DNA of 61,307 nt, the filler included, from Kipferlia bialata (lineage: Eukaryota): assembly GCA_003568945.1 (NCBI GenBank). It is 3 parts of 3 records of this genome, joined end to end, with 100 filler letters (N's around TTAATTAATTAA, not from the genome) between each part and the next. Parts side by side here need not be neighbours in the genome. Positions count along the whole stretch, not along the records: positions 1 to 20,375 come from BDIP01000379.1; positions 20,476 to 40,841 come from BDIP01000380.1; 1 more part is not named here. One strand, given 5' to 3'. Position numbers and translations under genes: made by a program. Of this stretch, positions 11,596 to 25,100 are shown one piece after another. A model generated the notes under the pieces. The model made no database searches and was not told where the DNA came from. It was given only the letters and a program-made list of their open reading frames with translations. The first letter of the stretch is position 1. Each line of letters starts with the position of its first letter.

Positions 11596-14500
11596 ATGGC
11601 TGACACAGCCACACAGTTCCAATGCCCCTGTGGGGCGTTCTTTACCGACTGGGCTGGGTATTCAGAGCATGCTGTGGGGTGTGTGGGTACACACACATCA
11701 GAGGTGGAGGAGGTACTCCTGCCAGTGTTCCGGAGCCTTCCTCTGTCAGACATCACCAAGTATACCATCGGGTACGACAGAGTTACTCAGAAGATGGATA
11801 GGAGGCATCCCTTCCACGTAGCTGTGTGGGAGTGCCTGCAGGAGGGGGGTCTTGACCCTGTCCTCTACGGGGGTCTGGGCACCGTCTTTGCCTCGCCCTC
11901 CTCCGACATGGACATCGCAGTGCGGTCTGGCTCATTCATGGACATCAAGATACAGCTTGCGTGTGGCGAGTTAGGTGCAGAGGTCCTCGACATCGGTCGT
12001 CATGCGGAGAGCCGGGATAGGCGACATCTCAAGGTGGGCGCACCCAGTCCAGTACTGTCACACTCTCTATTATGTGTGTCATGCTCACTCTCCCTTGTGG
12101 ATGTATAATCTACTCATTGCTGGATCCAGAGTAATACCAGGGAGTTTTCATTACTCCATATATACTCGATGGAGCTGCGACTCTGGTCGTCTCATCCCTA
12201 ATATGTCCACTATATATCCTATATAGGTGGTCCACTATATATCCTATATAGGTGTCTGTATGTGTGTTCTCCTCTGTGTCTTGGAATATATATGTATATT
12301 AATGTATATATATATATAGTAGACTCTGTTTTCTTTTGGCACCTGTCCCACCCAAGCTGAGCTCCCCCCCCGCCATGTCCCCCAATACCCACGTTGACAT
12401 AGTGTTGGCATCAGACAACAACGGGCCCCAGAAGCGTCAGGTATATGTATGTAGAGTCTCATACCTCTTTCTACTTCTCGGATGAATCTCTGGCTTGCTA
12501 TACTAGTGAGAATGGTCAGTGTCCATCATATTGCCCCTCAAGAGTCCTTCACTGTATCCAACCCATCTATTGTGCAGAGGTCAACGCTCACGCCAGCTGT
12601 TTCTCAACTATGCCACCGTGCTCCCCGTGCTGCCTCAGGTCAAGACCGTCCTCAAGACCCTGGCCTGCCACACCCACTGCCTGGCACCAGGTGGGGGGGG
12701 GGGTGTATGTGCTATGTATATTCACACACACATATATATATTTACATTACTCACTGTCTGACTCCAGGTAACAGGGGTCAGAGAGACACGGAGAGAAATG
12801 CCTCTGAACTCCTGCATAACAGTATGTGGGCACTGGCCAGTGTGTGTCCGGTTCTGCACCCCCCATCGCTGTGTGGCACTCTCTCCCCTGATGTGCGCCG
12901 CAGCCTCCTGTCCGCCGTGGCCCATGCCTTCGATGCGTCCAGTCGGGATGCCCTCATGCGAGGTGTGATGCAGGCGTGGTGCGCATACAACAGCCCTGCC
13001 AGGGTGCAGCAGATGCAGAAGAGGTGTGTTGTGACTGGAACCCCCCTCCAGCACCCTCTGTCACACACCCTCCCCCCCGGCCTGCAGGCCTTGGTGTCTC
13101 CCCTCTACAAGGGTCTCACAGAGGGGGTCGGGGTCCCTGCCCTGGCCACCCGCCTCAGGTATATGTGGCAGTGTCTGTGTCTGTGTCTGCAATATGTATA
13201 CTGTCGATGCTGATACTGACGCCTCAGGGCAGCCAAGCAGGCCAGGGACAGACACCTCATCACCCAGGCGGCACTTGCTGCGGAGTCTGCCCGCAGTGCC
13301 AGGATTAGGGAGTACACGCTGCAGCTGCAATACATTCAGGCCACGATGGCGAGTCCCAAGCTCCGCAAGTGGTTCTCTTCTCCCAAGGCGGTGAGACACG
13401 TGCGGCAGCTGCTGGGACGGAGGGCCCAGTCGCTGAGAGGCACCCTGGCTGACCTCAGCGCAGAGCCTTGCAAGGCCAGGGGTCCATCCAGCCCTGCGCT
13501 CCAGATGTCCCAGAGCAAGGTGAAGCAACTGGCCAGAGAGGCCTCTAACACCGCTGCCCCTCAGGGAGTATCATGTGAGTGTCCCTGTGGCCAGGTGTCA
13601 GCACCACTGTACACTGTGGTTGCCGGCTCAGAGGCTGCAGGGGCAGAGGCGTCCAAGACCAAGACCAAGACCAAGAGGGGGTGCACAGGCCGTGGGTCAG
13701 ACCTGTGTCAGAGTCAGGTGGTACACTATACACTCCCACTGTGCCCCGCTGGGATTCTATCCTGTACTGTATATTGGTGTTCTGTTGATACCGATGCTGA
13801 TACTCCCACAGTGCCCAAGGCTGATGTTCTGATACTGATACTGACTGTTGCACTCCACAGTCAACCTGTATCTCACCCCAGACGCCCAAGGGCCAGTGTC
13901 AGTATCAGTCTCGCTCCCCTGGAGGATCAGAACCAGGGTCCTGTATTGGTGCCGAGAGGGAGAGAGAGGAGCGGGACAGCCTAGTTGCCTCATACCTTGC
14001 AGCCGACAGGGCCCGGGACTCCCTGGTGCGACAGTTGCACCACCAGCGTACCAGGCTCTCCGCCCTCAGGGATGCCAAGCACGGGTTCCCCACTGCACAC
14101 GAGCGTGCCAGCCGAGACCACCTGAGGGGTGTAGTGTCTGGACTGGAGCGCCACCTGAACAGGACGGTGGGGCAGCAGGATGAGCAGAGGAAGAGACACC
14201 CCTGGCTGAGGCAGGCGGTGAGGGAGGCACAGGGGAGGGAGAGGGAGAGGGAGAGGGAGAGGGAGAGGGAGAGAGAGGCCAAGGCCTATCGCAAGAGTAA
14301 GGTGCCCCGTGCCTCTCAGCATAGGGGCACCTCCGGGACTGCTCCCACCTTCACCGGCCTAGTACGAGTACCTCCTGTGCAGGCCAGGCAACCCACACCT
14401 GCACTGCCTGCACCTGCACTGCCTACACATGAAGTGGACCAGACCCACCAGGGCCAGACAGACCAGGGCCAAGGGCCTGGGTCGAAGGGTCTAGGCCACC

Positions 14501-17500
14501 CCCACATGAGGCCGGCACTCTGCAGCCAGGAGGTGTGTAGTTGCCATTTGCCATCACAGTTCTGTCTCTGCTTACGCTACTCATACCCTCGTGATCCTGA
14601 CGGCTGACAGCAGATATCCACTGAGACCCTCCGGCGTCAGGTGGACTCTCTGCTAGCATCGGCAGCCATGCCCCGCAGTGGAGTGGCTCTGGTGGCTAAG
14701 AAGGTGTTTGTCTGTCTCCGTGCTCACGACCATCCATATAGGCATCATATATATATATATATATATAGGCATCATGGATACATATCGTTACCCCTCTCCC
14801 CCACCCTCTATTGCCAACCCCAGCTGGTGGATACCCTGACCCAGGACCCCTCCGAGGCCGAGTGTCTTGTGACCGACCCCACCCAGCTCAGAGACCGGGT
14901 GGCCCAGGAGCTCACCAAGCTGAAGGCCACTGCGTCGTATGCAAGGCTGATCCCCCTGGGCCTTGACCTCTCTGCATGTCGGTCTGCATATGGTGCATGT
15001 CGGTCGGTGCCAGCTCCTGCACTGCCACCCTCCTCCCATCCACCTCGTGCTGGTGGTGCACCGTCTACACCGTGTGTCCCAACCACTGGACATGAGACTG
15101 ACACGGATGCTGATACTGATACGGATGCTGATGCTGGTACTGATAAGAGTGGCGGTAGCACACAGCCTTCTTGGGCTGACCCCGCTACCTGTGCCGACAC
15201 TGCTGCCAATACCTGCCAACCATCAAACCAACCATCAAACCAAGCGTCTAGAGCTGCACATGCTGGACATGCTGATGGGACACGGGGGACAGGGGTAGGG
15301 GAGGTCACAGAACTGCCGTCCCACCAGGCCGACCCCAAGGACAGACCTCTCTCTCTGGCGGATACTGCGGACCAGGTACCTTTTATGGGTGTATCTACCA
15401 GATATATATATGGATACAGACTTTCGTCTATTAGAGGGACCTGATAATGGTTGTTGTGTGGTTAACGGCTCTGTTGTGTATCAATCAGCGTCCCTCAACC
15501 CAGAGCCAAACCACACACGCACCAGTGTATAGGCCCCCCTCTCCCTCAATTGACCCTCAGTGTATCAGTATCGCCTCAGGTGTCCCAGGGACGTCTGCTC
15601 GTCTGCTGTCTGGGGTCACCCAGAACCCTGCCCCCGACAGACCCCGCCCCTCTGCACCTACTTCCTCTTCCACCTCCAGGTCCCCTCCCTCTGTATATAT
15701 ATGCTATGTTATATTGAATGCGACTGATTCTAGGCCTACGGAGTCGGACCGGGTGATTGTGCATGTGTCTGCCGCGTCGTGCTATAACTGTGGCGAGACG
15801 GGCCACCCCTCGTCGCAGTGCCCCCACCCCATACTGTGCAAGAGGTGCGGGGGGGNNNCACCCCTCGTCGCAGTGCCCCCACCCCATACTGTGCAAGAGG
15901 TGCGGGGGGGCAGCCCACATCCAGTATGAGTGCACGCAGCGGAGGGGGGGGAGGGGGGCCGAGTCTAGCTGTGGAATCAGCTCCGTGTCTGCATCTGATG
16001 GGTCTGCTGTGTCTGGCCAGGCCCCACCTGTGTCTGCAGGATCAGTATCAGTATCACAGGCAGGGCAGGCAGTGGAGGCAGTGGAGGCTGTCGGCGGCAC
16101 ACACACACACGTACCTGCCTACCTGTCTCTCATCCCGACAGAGGGCTCGCTGTCAGACCTAGCGGGTGTCGGCAAGAGTAGTAAGAGGAGACCCCGTAAA
16201 CACAAAGAGACGAAGGTCCAGACACCCACCCGCCGTTTGGGGGTCAAGGGTGGGGGGCATGCACAGACGAGGGAGACAGGTAGTGTCCATCGCACTGAGC
16301 TACCTATGTCTAGTGTTGATGTCTCTGTATACAGGTCAGTTCTGCCCACCAGAGGCACTCTCACAGACCTGGCCGACGTGTGTGGACATGGGAGGAGAGG
16401 ACAGGGGAGACGGCCCACAAAGCTGTCCCAGCCAAACCCACCTCGGCAGAGGGCAGTAGCAGCCCCCCTTGCCAGTCTGACCAGTCTGACTAGTCTCGTC
16501 ACGGAGAGACCCTCCCGCACCCACCTCCTGGGGCATCCCCACCTGGGGCACTCCGATGGGTGTGATGGCCCATCCTGTCAGCACAGTCTGTATGGACACA
16601 CAGACAGGGGACACACAGACAGTGGACACACAGACAGGGGACACACAGACAGTGGACACACGGACAGGGGACACATGGACAGGGGACACACAGACAGTGG
16701 ATACACAGACAGGGGACACACAGACAGTGGACACACGGACAGTGGACACACAGACAGTGGACACACAGACAGTGGACACACGGACAGGGGACACACAGAC
16801 AGTGGATACACAGACAGGGTCAGAGCACCCGGCCCCCCTAGCAGTCCGTGCTCACAGGCCGACCCCCAGGACGCACATGCCTGGCACGGTGTGTTTGGAA
16901 GTTGCTCTGACAGCACAAGTGAGTCTGGCACGGATGGAGGGTTCGACTGCTGTTGTGATCAGTGCAAGGTGCCAGGGTCAGAGTCAGTGTCAACTGGGTC
17001 AGTGGGACCGGGGCCCGATACTGATGCTGATGCCGAGGGTGTGCACACTGATACTGACACTGATACTGAGGTGCAGGTGCAGGTGCAGGTTCAGCCCGAG
17101 GAGACAGACCTGCACCGTGTGTATACACACGCTCTGGAGGTAGTCGCAAAGGGCATGGCCCTTAGGGAGGCAGCCCAGCACATACCTGGCACAAAAGTGT
17201 CCCTGTGCGTGTACAGTGTGGCTGATATGCTGCGGTGGCAGACACAGCCAGGGTGTCTGGCAGAGCCACCCGTCAGGCTGGTGTCGGAGGAGCACAAGAG
17301 AATGCTCATGAGGTGCGGTGTCTCAAGGGTCTCCTGTCACAAGGGGGGCCACCCCCACCCTCACCCAAAGAAGCAGGGCTCCAATGCCCCTGCTGCTACT
17401 GTGCAGGAGAGGCCACCTCAGGAAACGCCTCGCACACATGCACCTTCCATGCCCACATCTGATGCGACTGGGCATGGCCCTGCGTCCACTGGTGATGATG

Positions 17501-19000
17501 GTGATGATGCGACCCACTCTCCCACCCTGGGCACACGGCACAGGTCGCACTCATCTGCAGTATCAGTATCATCAGCACCGTCGGCAGGAATGGCCCCCGC
17601 AGAGCCAGGCCGAGCTGAGGTGGGTACTACGTCCCAATGACTACCTAATCAAGTATATGTTATAGTATTATGCTATCTCCCATTTCCTATAAGGCCTGTG
17701 TGTCGATAGCCGTCTTCCACCCCTACCCATCAGTCACTACCCATCAGTCACTACCCATCAGTCACTACCCGTCTACCACCCTCACCCTCATTACTTATTA
17801 TGACAGATGGCAGCTGGGACCACTGCCACTCGTGTGTTTCTGACAGGTCCCTGGCCTGAGAAGGCCGGTGCGAGGCAGACTGAGAGGGCCTGTACTGCTA
17901 GTGATACTGCCACCCAGAGGAGGGCCGGTCATGGACAGGCAGCTCGCGGTCTTCAAACCCCTGTAGGGAGACCGCATTATACCGATACTGATACTGATCT
18001 CACCGGCCAGACCAGGTCGCCCGAGGCCGACTCAGGCCCCTCCGGCTCATCAGATGACGGTCACGCTGATGCCTATACTCATGCCTATACTCATTCTGAT
18101 TGGCACATGGGGCAGAGTGAGGGGTCATGTATGTCTGGGGGAGACACTGACAGCCACAGCCAGAACACTAGCCCTGACACTAGCCCGGAGACCATCCTTC
18201 GGGTGGTACCAGCATCATCACTGGTCAGAAGTGTGTGGAGCCCAAGCCTTGGCGGGAGTCAGACCCTCCGTCACCGGCCTGACGCCCCTACTGATACTGA
18301 CACTGACCCTGCATCCACAGCGCCACCTGACCAGTGCCAGTACCAGAGGCATGACATATATATACATGATCCAGCGGCAGAGGCAGGTGTCGTGTCCAGA
18401 CACGGTGTCAGCCCTGCACTGTCTGTCAGTGTATGTGGCCATGCTCCATCCGATGTGTGGGCTGACACACCCCATCGTGCAGCAGTCTCCGGCAGGGAGG
18501 GGCTCCCTGTGAGTGCTGTTACTGTCAGTGGTGGCGGGTGGAAGAGAGTGATGGGAAGGCCCCCCCTACCGACCAATGCTAAGGCTAGGGCCAGGCCCCA
18601 GGGTACCTTGCCTAGAGAGAGGGCGACTCACGCTGTATGCCGGTCTCGCACCCATACGGCAGGGCGATGCTCCAAGTGCCACCAGCCTGGGCACACGAGG
18701 GTGTCCTGTCCCTACCCTAAGGGGGCTAGGATGAGTGGGGCTCAGCGGCGGAAACTCACAAGGGAGCAGAGTGTATGCTATAGCTGCGGCAAGGTGGGGC
18801 ACCTGTCCCCGAGCTGTCCGGACGTGAGGTGCCACAACTGTGGCAGGTTGGGGCACATGGAGACAGGGTGCCCAGAGAGACCCCGCACCCACAACCCGAG
18901 CCTTGGCAGGGATCGGGCGTGCTTCCACTGCTGTGAGATCGGACACAAGTCGCACCAGTGCCCATATGAGAGAAAGGCTCTCCGGGACAGGGGGATCTAA
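11596..19000 (+). CDS. Non-canonical poly(A)/poly(U) polymerase (TUTase/Trf4/Cid1-like nucleotidyltransferase) with an N-terminal Zn-finger-like motif and multiple C-terminal CCHC zinc knuckles
   Basis: CPCG...H...C at the N-terminus. Pol-beta motif LYGGLGTVFASPSSDMDIAV (11863-11922), third Asp in THVDIV (~12390) and helix QLFLNYATVLPVLPQVKTVLKTLA. CX2CX4HX4C knuckles at about 15779-15935 (2-3 copies), 18668, 18776, 18830 and 18920. Ends ALRDRGI* at 19000. The true 5' end may include small upstream exons. Confidence 0.7.
16594..16818 (+). repeat. Coding 15-bp tandem repeat, 15 copies, encoding G[H/Y][T/M]D[S/R]
   Basis: GGACACACAGACAG(T/G) units in frame in ORF 15757-17640. Confidence 0.95.
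17723..17770. repeat. Intronic 14-bp tandem repeat (CTACCCATCAGTCA) x3.4
   Basis: Directly visible. Confidence 0.9.
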
Positions 19001-19620
19001 TCTGCTCTGATCTAGGGTGGAAGAGGGGGAGAGGGGGAGGTGGTGTGGAGACTACTCCAGCGCTTGTAGAATCCGGGTCTCTTCATGCTCTGAATATGGT
19101 AGGGCAGCATCAGTTGATGGGTACTGGGACAGAAGAGAGATACATATATTTACATTGATTACTATGAGATCCTCCAGCGTAATTGTCGGGTATCATTGAA
19201 GGAGTGTCGTTTTGTAACACAAGATAAGTCAGAAGCGATCGTAATCTTATGATACTAGAAGTTCTAGATTCCTAGAACTAAGAGTAATAGTATACGTGCG
19301 GCTTTGGTGATAACGACTGTTCCTATACATATATATACATTTCTGGTCCATGATATTTGGTCACAGAAGCCCTATATGTGTGATTTGTGACGCTCAGTTA
19401 TCCACTACTGATAAACACTTCATCTCCTCTTGTGTTGGTGTTTACACTCATAAGTTAGTGGGCACGCATATTAATGGAAGTACTCTGCGGCTGTTTTCGG
19501 TTCAGGTTGACCCCTCGACCTCTTACATATGACAGACATGCAATGACTGATACTGATAGGCCCAGACTCATAGCCTATGATGGTCACACACTGCGTATAA
19601 GACTCTGGATGTGAGTTAGC

Positions 19621-20075
19621 CTATCTCTCCCAATCGAAACAATCGAGAAAGAGAGAGTCAGGCCGTGAGTCCCGTGTCTTCTTACTGGTGCTTCCATACT
19701 GGTACCCACTGTTAAAACTGGTTGTTGTCATCCACTGATAAGGCAATGGTAAGGGTGAAAGGGTATTGGTTTCGGCGCGGACTCGGAACATAGCCTGACC
19801 CGGGGTCAGTGACACCTGTCCTCTGTAGATTATATCAATACACTATATCAATAAACTACATCAATAGACTGTATCAATAGACTATATCAGTTGACATACA
19901 TCTACATGTTCTTGTCGGCTTCTAGTATGCAATGCACTCACATACTTCTGTGCTGGCATGTGACCTGGACCGTTGGCATGTTCAAGAACTCAATTGCAGT
20001 TTTGTTTGGGGCAATCGCGTAGTCATGGTTAGTGCCACGAGTCTCGTGGGCCACGAGACTCGTACCCCATGAACA
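19621..20075 (-). other. Possible terminal exons or gene fragment of an unidentified gene
   Basis: Joinable frames ...AIEFLNMPTVQ|AMFRVRAETNT...DCFDWER*. Weak resemblance to the serine-carboxypeptidase YLNxPxVQxALHV motif only. Confidence 0.2.
19832..19895. repeat. Degenerate 13-bp tandem repeat (ATATCAATAGACT-like), about 5 copies
   Basis: Directly visible. Confidence 0.7.
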
Positions 20076-20375
20076 CGATATTTACACTTACTTACACTTA
20101 CACTCACGTGGTGCATAATATATGCATCATGCACTGCATATAGCCATCGTGATGATCGATGATCGGTCTGCAGTAGCGTGGTGGGGTGCCAGGACCACTA
20201 GAGACTGGAGCTGCCAGGAACACCAGATATATACAGATGGTATCTAGATAGTATCTAGATAGTGTCTAGTAGATACCGGAGGACGGATGAATTGTGATGA
20301 GGAAAGTATGTAGATGCCCAAAGGCGAATTGCCCTAAGACGGTGTCAACGTTCGAGTGAAACGTTCAACCGTTAG

Positions 20376-20475
20376 NNNNNNNNNNNNNNNNNNNNNNNNN
20401 NNNNNNNNNNNNNNNNNNNTTAATTAATTAANNNNNNNNNNNNNNNNNNNNNNNNNNNNNNNNNNNNNNNNNNNN
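20376..20475. other. Artificial scaffold-concatenation linker
   Basis: 44 N + TTAATTAATTAA (stops in all six frames) + 44 N. Confidence 0.95.
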
Positions 20476-20498
20476 GAGATATATATGCATATGCCCAG

Positions 20499-21487
20499 CA
20501 CTCCCTGGTCCACTCACTCATGCTGGAGGTGAGTATACTTATACTTATGTATGCATATATGTATGTGTGCAGTACAGTGGTGCTGTAACCATCATAGGTG
20601 ATAACGATGCAACCCCTGTATGCATGTACCGCATCCCTACCCCCAGGCCAGCACCCTCCTGGCCGGTGAGCCTGTGACCCTCTCTACCATGGACTGTGGA
20701 CAGGGGATGGCAGAGAGGATAGTGTGCCAGGGGCTCACCCAGGGTATGGGTATAACCTCTCATCAACTCCCTAGCATAGCTGAGTACTCAACCCCAGGGT
20801 ATGCTGCTAGTATACCACCTAGTATATGTGTGCACTCACCCTCATCCCAGGTGAGATGCTGCCTCTCCTGCGCCTGTACTCTCTCCCTGAGGGTGCAGAG
20901 CCAGTCGGTGTCAGCCCCACCTTCCCTGTCGAGGGTATATCCACATACGGGGGTGACTGGGACATAGACTCCATGCTCGAGTGGGTGTGCACTCAGCTGG
21001 GTGTGTGTGTGGGCACTGATGGCCTATACTTCGGTGGTCAGGGGCAGGTGCCCTCTCTCCGTCCCATAGTGGATAGATACCTTGCCCTGTTCTCAGATGG
21101 GCAGAGTGAAGTGGGTCTTACCAGTGAGGGTATTGTACAGCATGCATTAGAGCTGATAGGAGATGCAGTGGAGACATGCACACAGGCAGACCAGGCAGCG
21201 TGCCGGGAGTACATATACGTCATGGATAGGTAAGGGTTCCTCTCCCTCTCTTCCTCTCTCTCTTTCCGTACTACTACTCTCTCACCTCTAGGTTGATGGC
21301 CCATGGCCCTGAGTGGCTGGAAGGCGAGAGAGAGAGGGTGCTGGGCCTCCTAGCAGGTGCCCTAGGTGCTGACAACAGGGTGCGTATGAGACACAGGGTT
21401 GCGGCACTGGACGTGTTTATAGAGGCACAGGCCAGGAGGCAAGAGGGAGTGGTTGAAGTGTCTGACGACATGATGCTCGATCTATAG
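20499..21487 (+). CDS. 3' part of an ERp29/PDI-D-like protein (thioredoxin-like fold plus ERp29 C-terminal helical domain)
   Basis: YGGDWDIDSMLEWVCTQLG resembles the YxGxRxxxxLxxF end of thioredoxin-like domains. YIYVMDRLMAHGPEWLEGERERVLGLLAGALGADNRVRMRHRVAALDVF matches the ERp29-C pattern YxxxMxKxxxxGxxxxxxExxRxxxLL...RxNILxxF. Confidence 0.6.
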
Positions 21488-22178
21488 GGTTCTGTGCTGT
21501 TCTAGAGTACGGTGGCTTGACCAACATCGGTCTTGGTCTTCCTGTCTGTCGCAGTGTCGAGGAGAAGGGGTGTTCCATGGGAATGGGCACACCATCCATA
21601 GGCTGCAAGTCTACTTGATAGGGAGATACGCAACTAAGAGTCTGAGCAGTGTTGAAACAGGGTCTTTCTCCTTTATGACTCTCCTAATAGTCATGTATTC
21701 ATGACGTACCATCGCGTAGGGTACTAGGTGGCATGCTGTGGTGATAGTTCATGTTACGGTCTTGGTGGAGAGCTGTACACGCTACAGAGAAACAGAATAG
21801 ATACTGTGGCATTGAGTCTGTAAATTGGTCTGTAATCCTGGTATACATGACAACGGCACTGACATTGTTCCTACACCGGCAAAAGAGAACCACCTCATTC
21901 CAATATATGAACAATACAGGGTATATATCGTGAATGAATAGTTGAACACCTCAATTGTCACTGAGTACTTCAGTCATACCCCTAATGATACCGGTACAAG
22001 AAACCCTCTTTGCGGCTATAAAGTTTATAGTATAAACATTGTTTATTAAACAACCTGCCGGCTCGTCTCTGTCTTCCACATAGTAGGGTCAAACCACCCA
22101 CAACAAACCCAGAGAACAGACTGCCTCAACATACAGATACCACGATACTGATACTGATAGCTGACCATCCCACCCCAC

Positions 22179-25100
22179 ATGCAGTATGGGATTGAGAGGA
22201 ACACGCCCATCAGCTCTAACAGTGCAGATGTCATGGATGTGAGCCTGCTAGAGTACAACCCTAGGGGTGGCCTTACTCACACAGTGATGCGTGGGACTGG
22301 GGCACTGCACAGACAGGTGAGGACGTGACATGCAGAATGTCACATCACGCAATGGAGCTTGTGAGAATTTAATAGTACCGATTGATGACATCAATTTGAT
22401 GTGTAACTACCAACTACTAACACCCAGATAAGAACTCGAGCTACCCTGTTCTATGCTGTAACCGGAGAGGCCAGTGAGTACGCAGCCCCCTATACAGTGC
22501 TGTGCTCCTCCACACACTCTGGCAAGACAATGCTAGCAGGGTGCCTTGCGCAGGAGACAAAGGTAAATGTATACAAATATATGTGTGTGTGTGTGCAGGG
22601 AAATTATATGACTGCATGGGCTCTATCAACGTGTCCTAGTCTATGTGACATCATAGTATCACAAGAGATTGGGGGGTCCTGGTATCTCAAATAGAAACAC
22701 GCAACAGAGTGCATCTATACATTGAGGTCGATGGCTGATGTTCAGGATGCCCCAAAGGATGGTCTCGACTACACATATGTCAGCTTCTGTTACTATGTTG
22801 GGTGGGGTAAAGAGAGACCCCCGCCAAGAGAGCCCTTTCGAGTCCCCATTGGGCTAGAGACTCATGTCGAGACGTACGAAGAGCTCAGAAGGCCGCTTAG
22901 CTAGCCATTGAGTCCGGAGAGACTCTCATACCTGAGTCAAGTCATGGAACACAACATATTCAGGTATGGGTTTGATTCCTCGCGAATGAGTGATGAGCTC
23001 CTATATCAGATGCTGTATGTATACACTTGCTTATACTTCTAGCTTTGCTGCCATTCTGCTAGGGACCATCCTTCATGGGTCTGTGGCTGAGCTTGGTGCT
23101 TTGATCACCTGTGGAGACCAGACAGAGATGATGGACCTACGTAATTCAGTCAATAGCATGGCTATGAAGGTTGTCAGTAGAGACGCTAGAAGTACATTCC
23201 CGCCACCGACACACATTGTGTTTGTGGATCACGTCGATGCTCTTCTTGGTTTGAGGCCCAACCGTCCGGCATGCCCCCTGCTAGCACTCGCTTCAAGGTA
23301 TGGACAGTGTATCCCACTGATATTGTGTGGCAACTTGCTTTGCCACAGGCAAGGTACATGAAGTGTGGAAACACATGTACAAATGTGTCTAATTGTATCT
23401 ATCCTCAGGTACGTAGAGTGCCTTGGGGTCAGGCTCCTGGTAGTCGCAATCACGACTAACACGTCCCTTGTATATACATCCATCATAGTGCCAAGTCTGA
23501 TCTCCCACATGACTCTCCCTCATCGAGTTGAGATCATTACTGAGACAGCGGCACTGACACTCAGAGTAGTACAACTCTCAAGTCTAGCCTCGAAGGCAGT
23601 TCTACCACCACTGCAGGTAAGACCATAGACTCTATCGATAGTGGGTTGCACAGCCTGTACTCCCTCCCCTATCGCAACTCATCCAGCTCACTCTCGGGGC
23701 GTCCACTGACCACCCTGTCACTGTGGTAGAGTGCAAGGACTGCTGTGGATCACTCCTTGCCGCCATGAGGGCCTCCTGGAACACTACAAGGACAAGCACC
23801 CTACCACTACCACCACTACCCCACGCCTACCAGTCGAGAAGTGCCGAGGCTCTGGGGTGTCAGTGGGTAGCCAGAGCAGCATGGTCGAAAGCAAGCTTCA
23901 AGCAGCTAGTGTTCCCATTTAGCGACAATGTCAGAGGAAGAGCATTGTGTTACCTTCATCACCTTGTGGAAGTGCACATGAAGGAGTTCACCCAACGTGG
24001 GGTTCTCACTTACGAACCTGCGCAGGCTGCCCTACTCCACTTGCTACCAGGTGTTATAACGGGTCACTCACCTGCCTTTGCCCACCTCATATCCCATGGA
24101 TTCATGGATACGGTGGTGTTAGCACCATCCGTTGACGTGGGGCTGACACCTGCTGAACAGCAGAGAGCCTTCACAGCAGGAAACACTTCCACCATCTACC
24201 GCTCCCCAGCGGATGCCTCAATCAGCTATGCACTGATATACAAGTATGGACTGGGTATTGTACGGCAGCAGATTCCAAGTGACGTCACGACATCCAGTCA
24301 GAGTGGGGGGAGATTGGGAGGTATTACTTATAAGAGTTAGCATTTCAAATACTAATAGTATTTGAGTCTAGCATATGGTATCAAGTATTGAAGGGTTCTG
24401 TTGCAGTGACACTTGAGATGATATCTTACTCCAGAGAACCGTCTAGCTGTCCTCATGAACGTGGCTTCGGCCTGCGATCTAAACCTCGGCCTCCCCAGTG
24501 TAACATACACTGTCCGCTGCTCCCTCCTCTCCGCCATGCCCCTTACTGTCTATCTCCACCGCCTGGCACGCGTATCTACATGTAGCTGGATGGGGGAGGG
24601 CCTGGTGCACCCTGGGGTAGAGGGGTATGTGTGCCCATTGGTGTCAGTGATAGACCCTGCGTATAGGGAGGACGACGAAGAGGAACTGACACTAGCGGAG
24701 GCCAGGGAGAGAGCAAGGCAGATGCTTCAGAAGTGTTACTGCTCACGGTCACTTCTCCTGAGGCACTCCCGATATTCCGCCAGTTGTGGGATGTTCAGCG
24801 TAATGATACCTAGAAACTGCTGGGTATACTGTGCTTCAGACTGCCACACTAGAGAGCAATCCGATCCCAATGAGTACAACGATATCCGTCCCTTCCTTCA
24901 GGAGGCATCCTGGATAGAGCCAGCCGATGTGCACTTTGGTGTCCATGGTATGGGCCAGGTAGGGCTTCAAATATATATTATGATGCTAACTCCATTATAA
25001 ATAATATTATAGTCAATCCAATACATACTTGAGGCCCTAAGGCCAGGGTGTGTGGCACCCCGAGGACTACATAAGGAGGGGGTATGGAATCCACGCAGAA

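Noticed and set aside
15779..19000. Retrotransposon gag (CCHC knuckles)
   Set aside because: No protease, RT, integrase or LTRs, and the knuckles lie in spliced exons continuous with the nucleotidyltransferase gene.
22902..22904. TAG reassigned to Gln as in hexamitid diplomonads
   Set aside because: Several genes here end in TAG (4379, 4857, 21487, 42709, 48041), and multi-kb exons contain no in-frame TAR codons.
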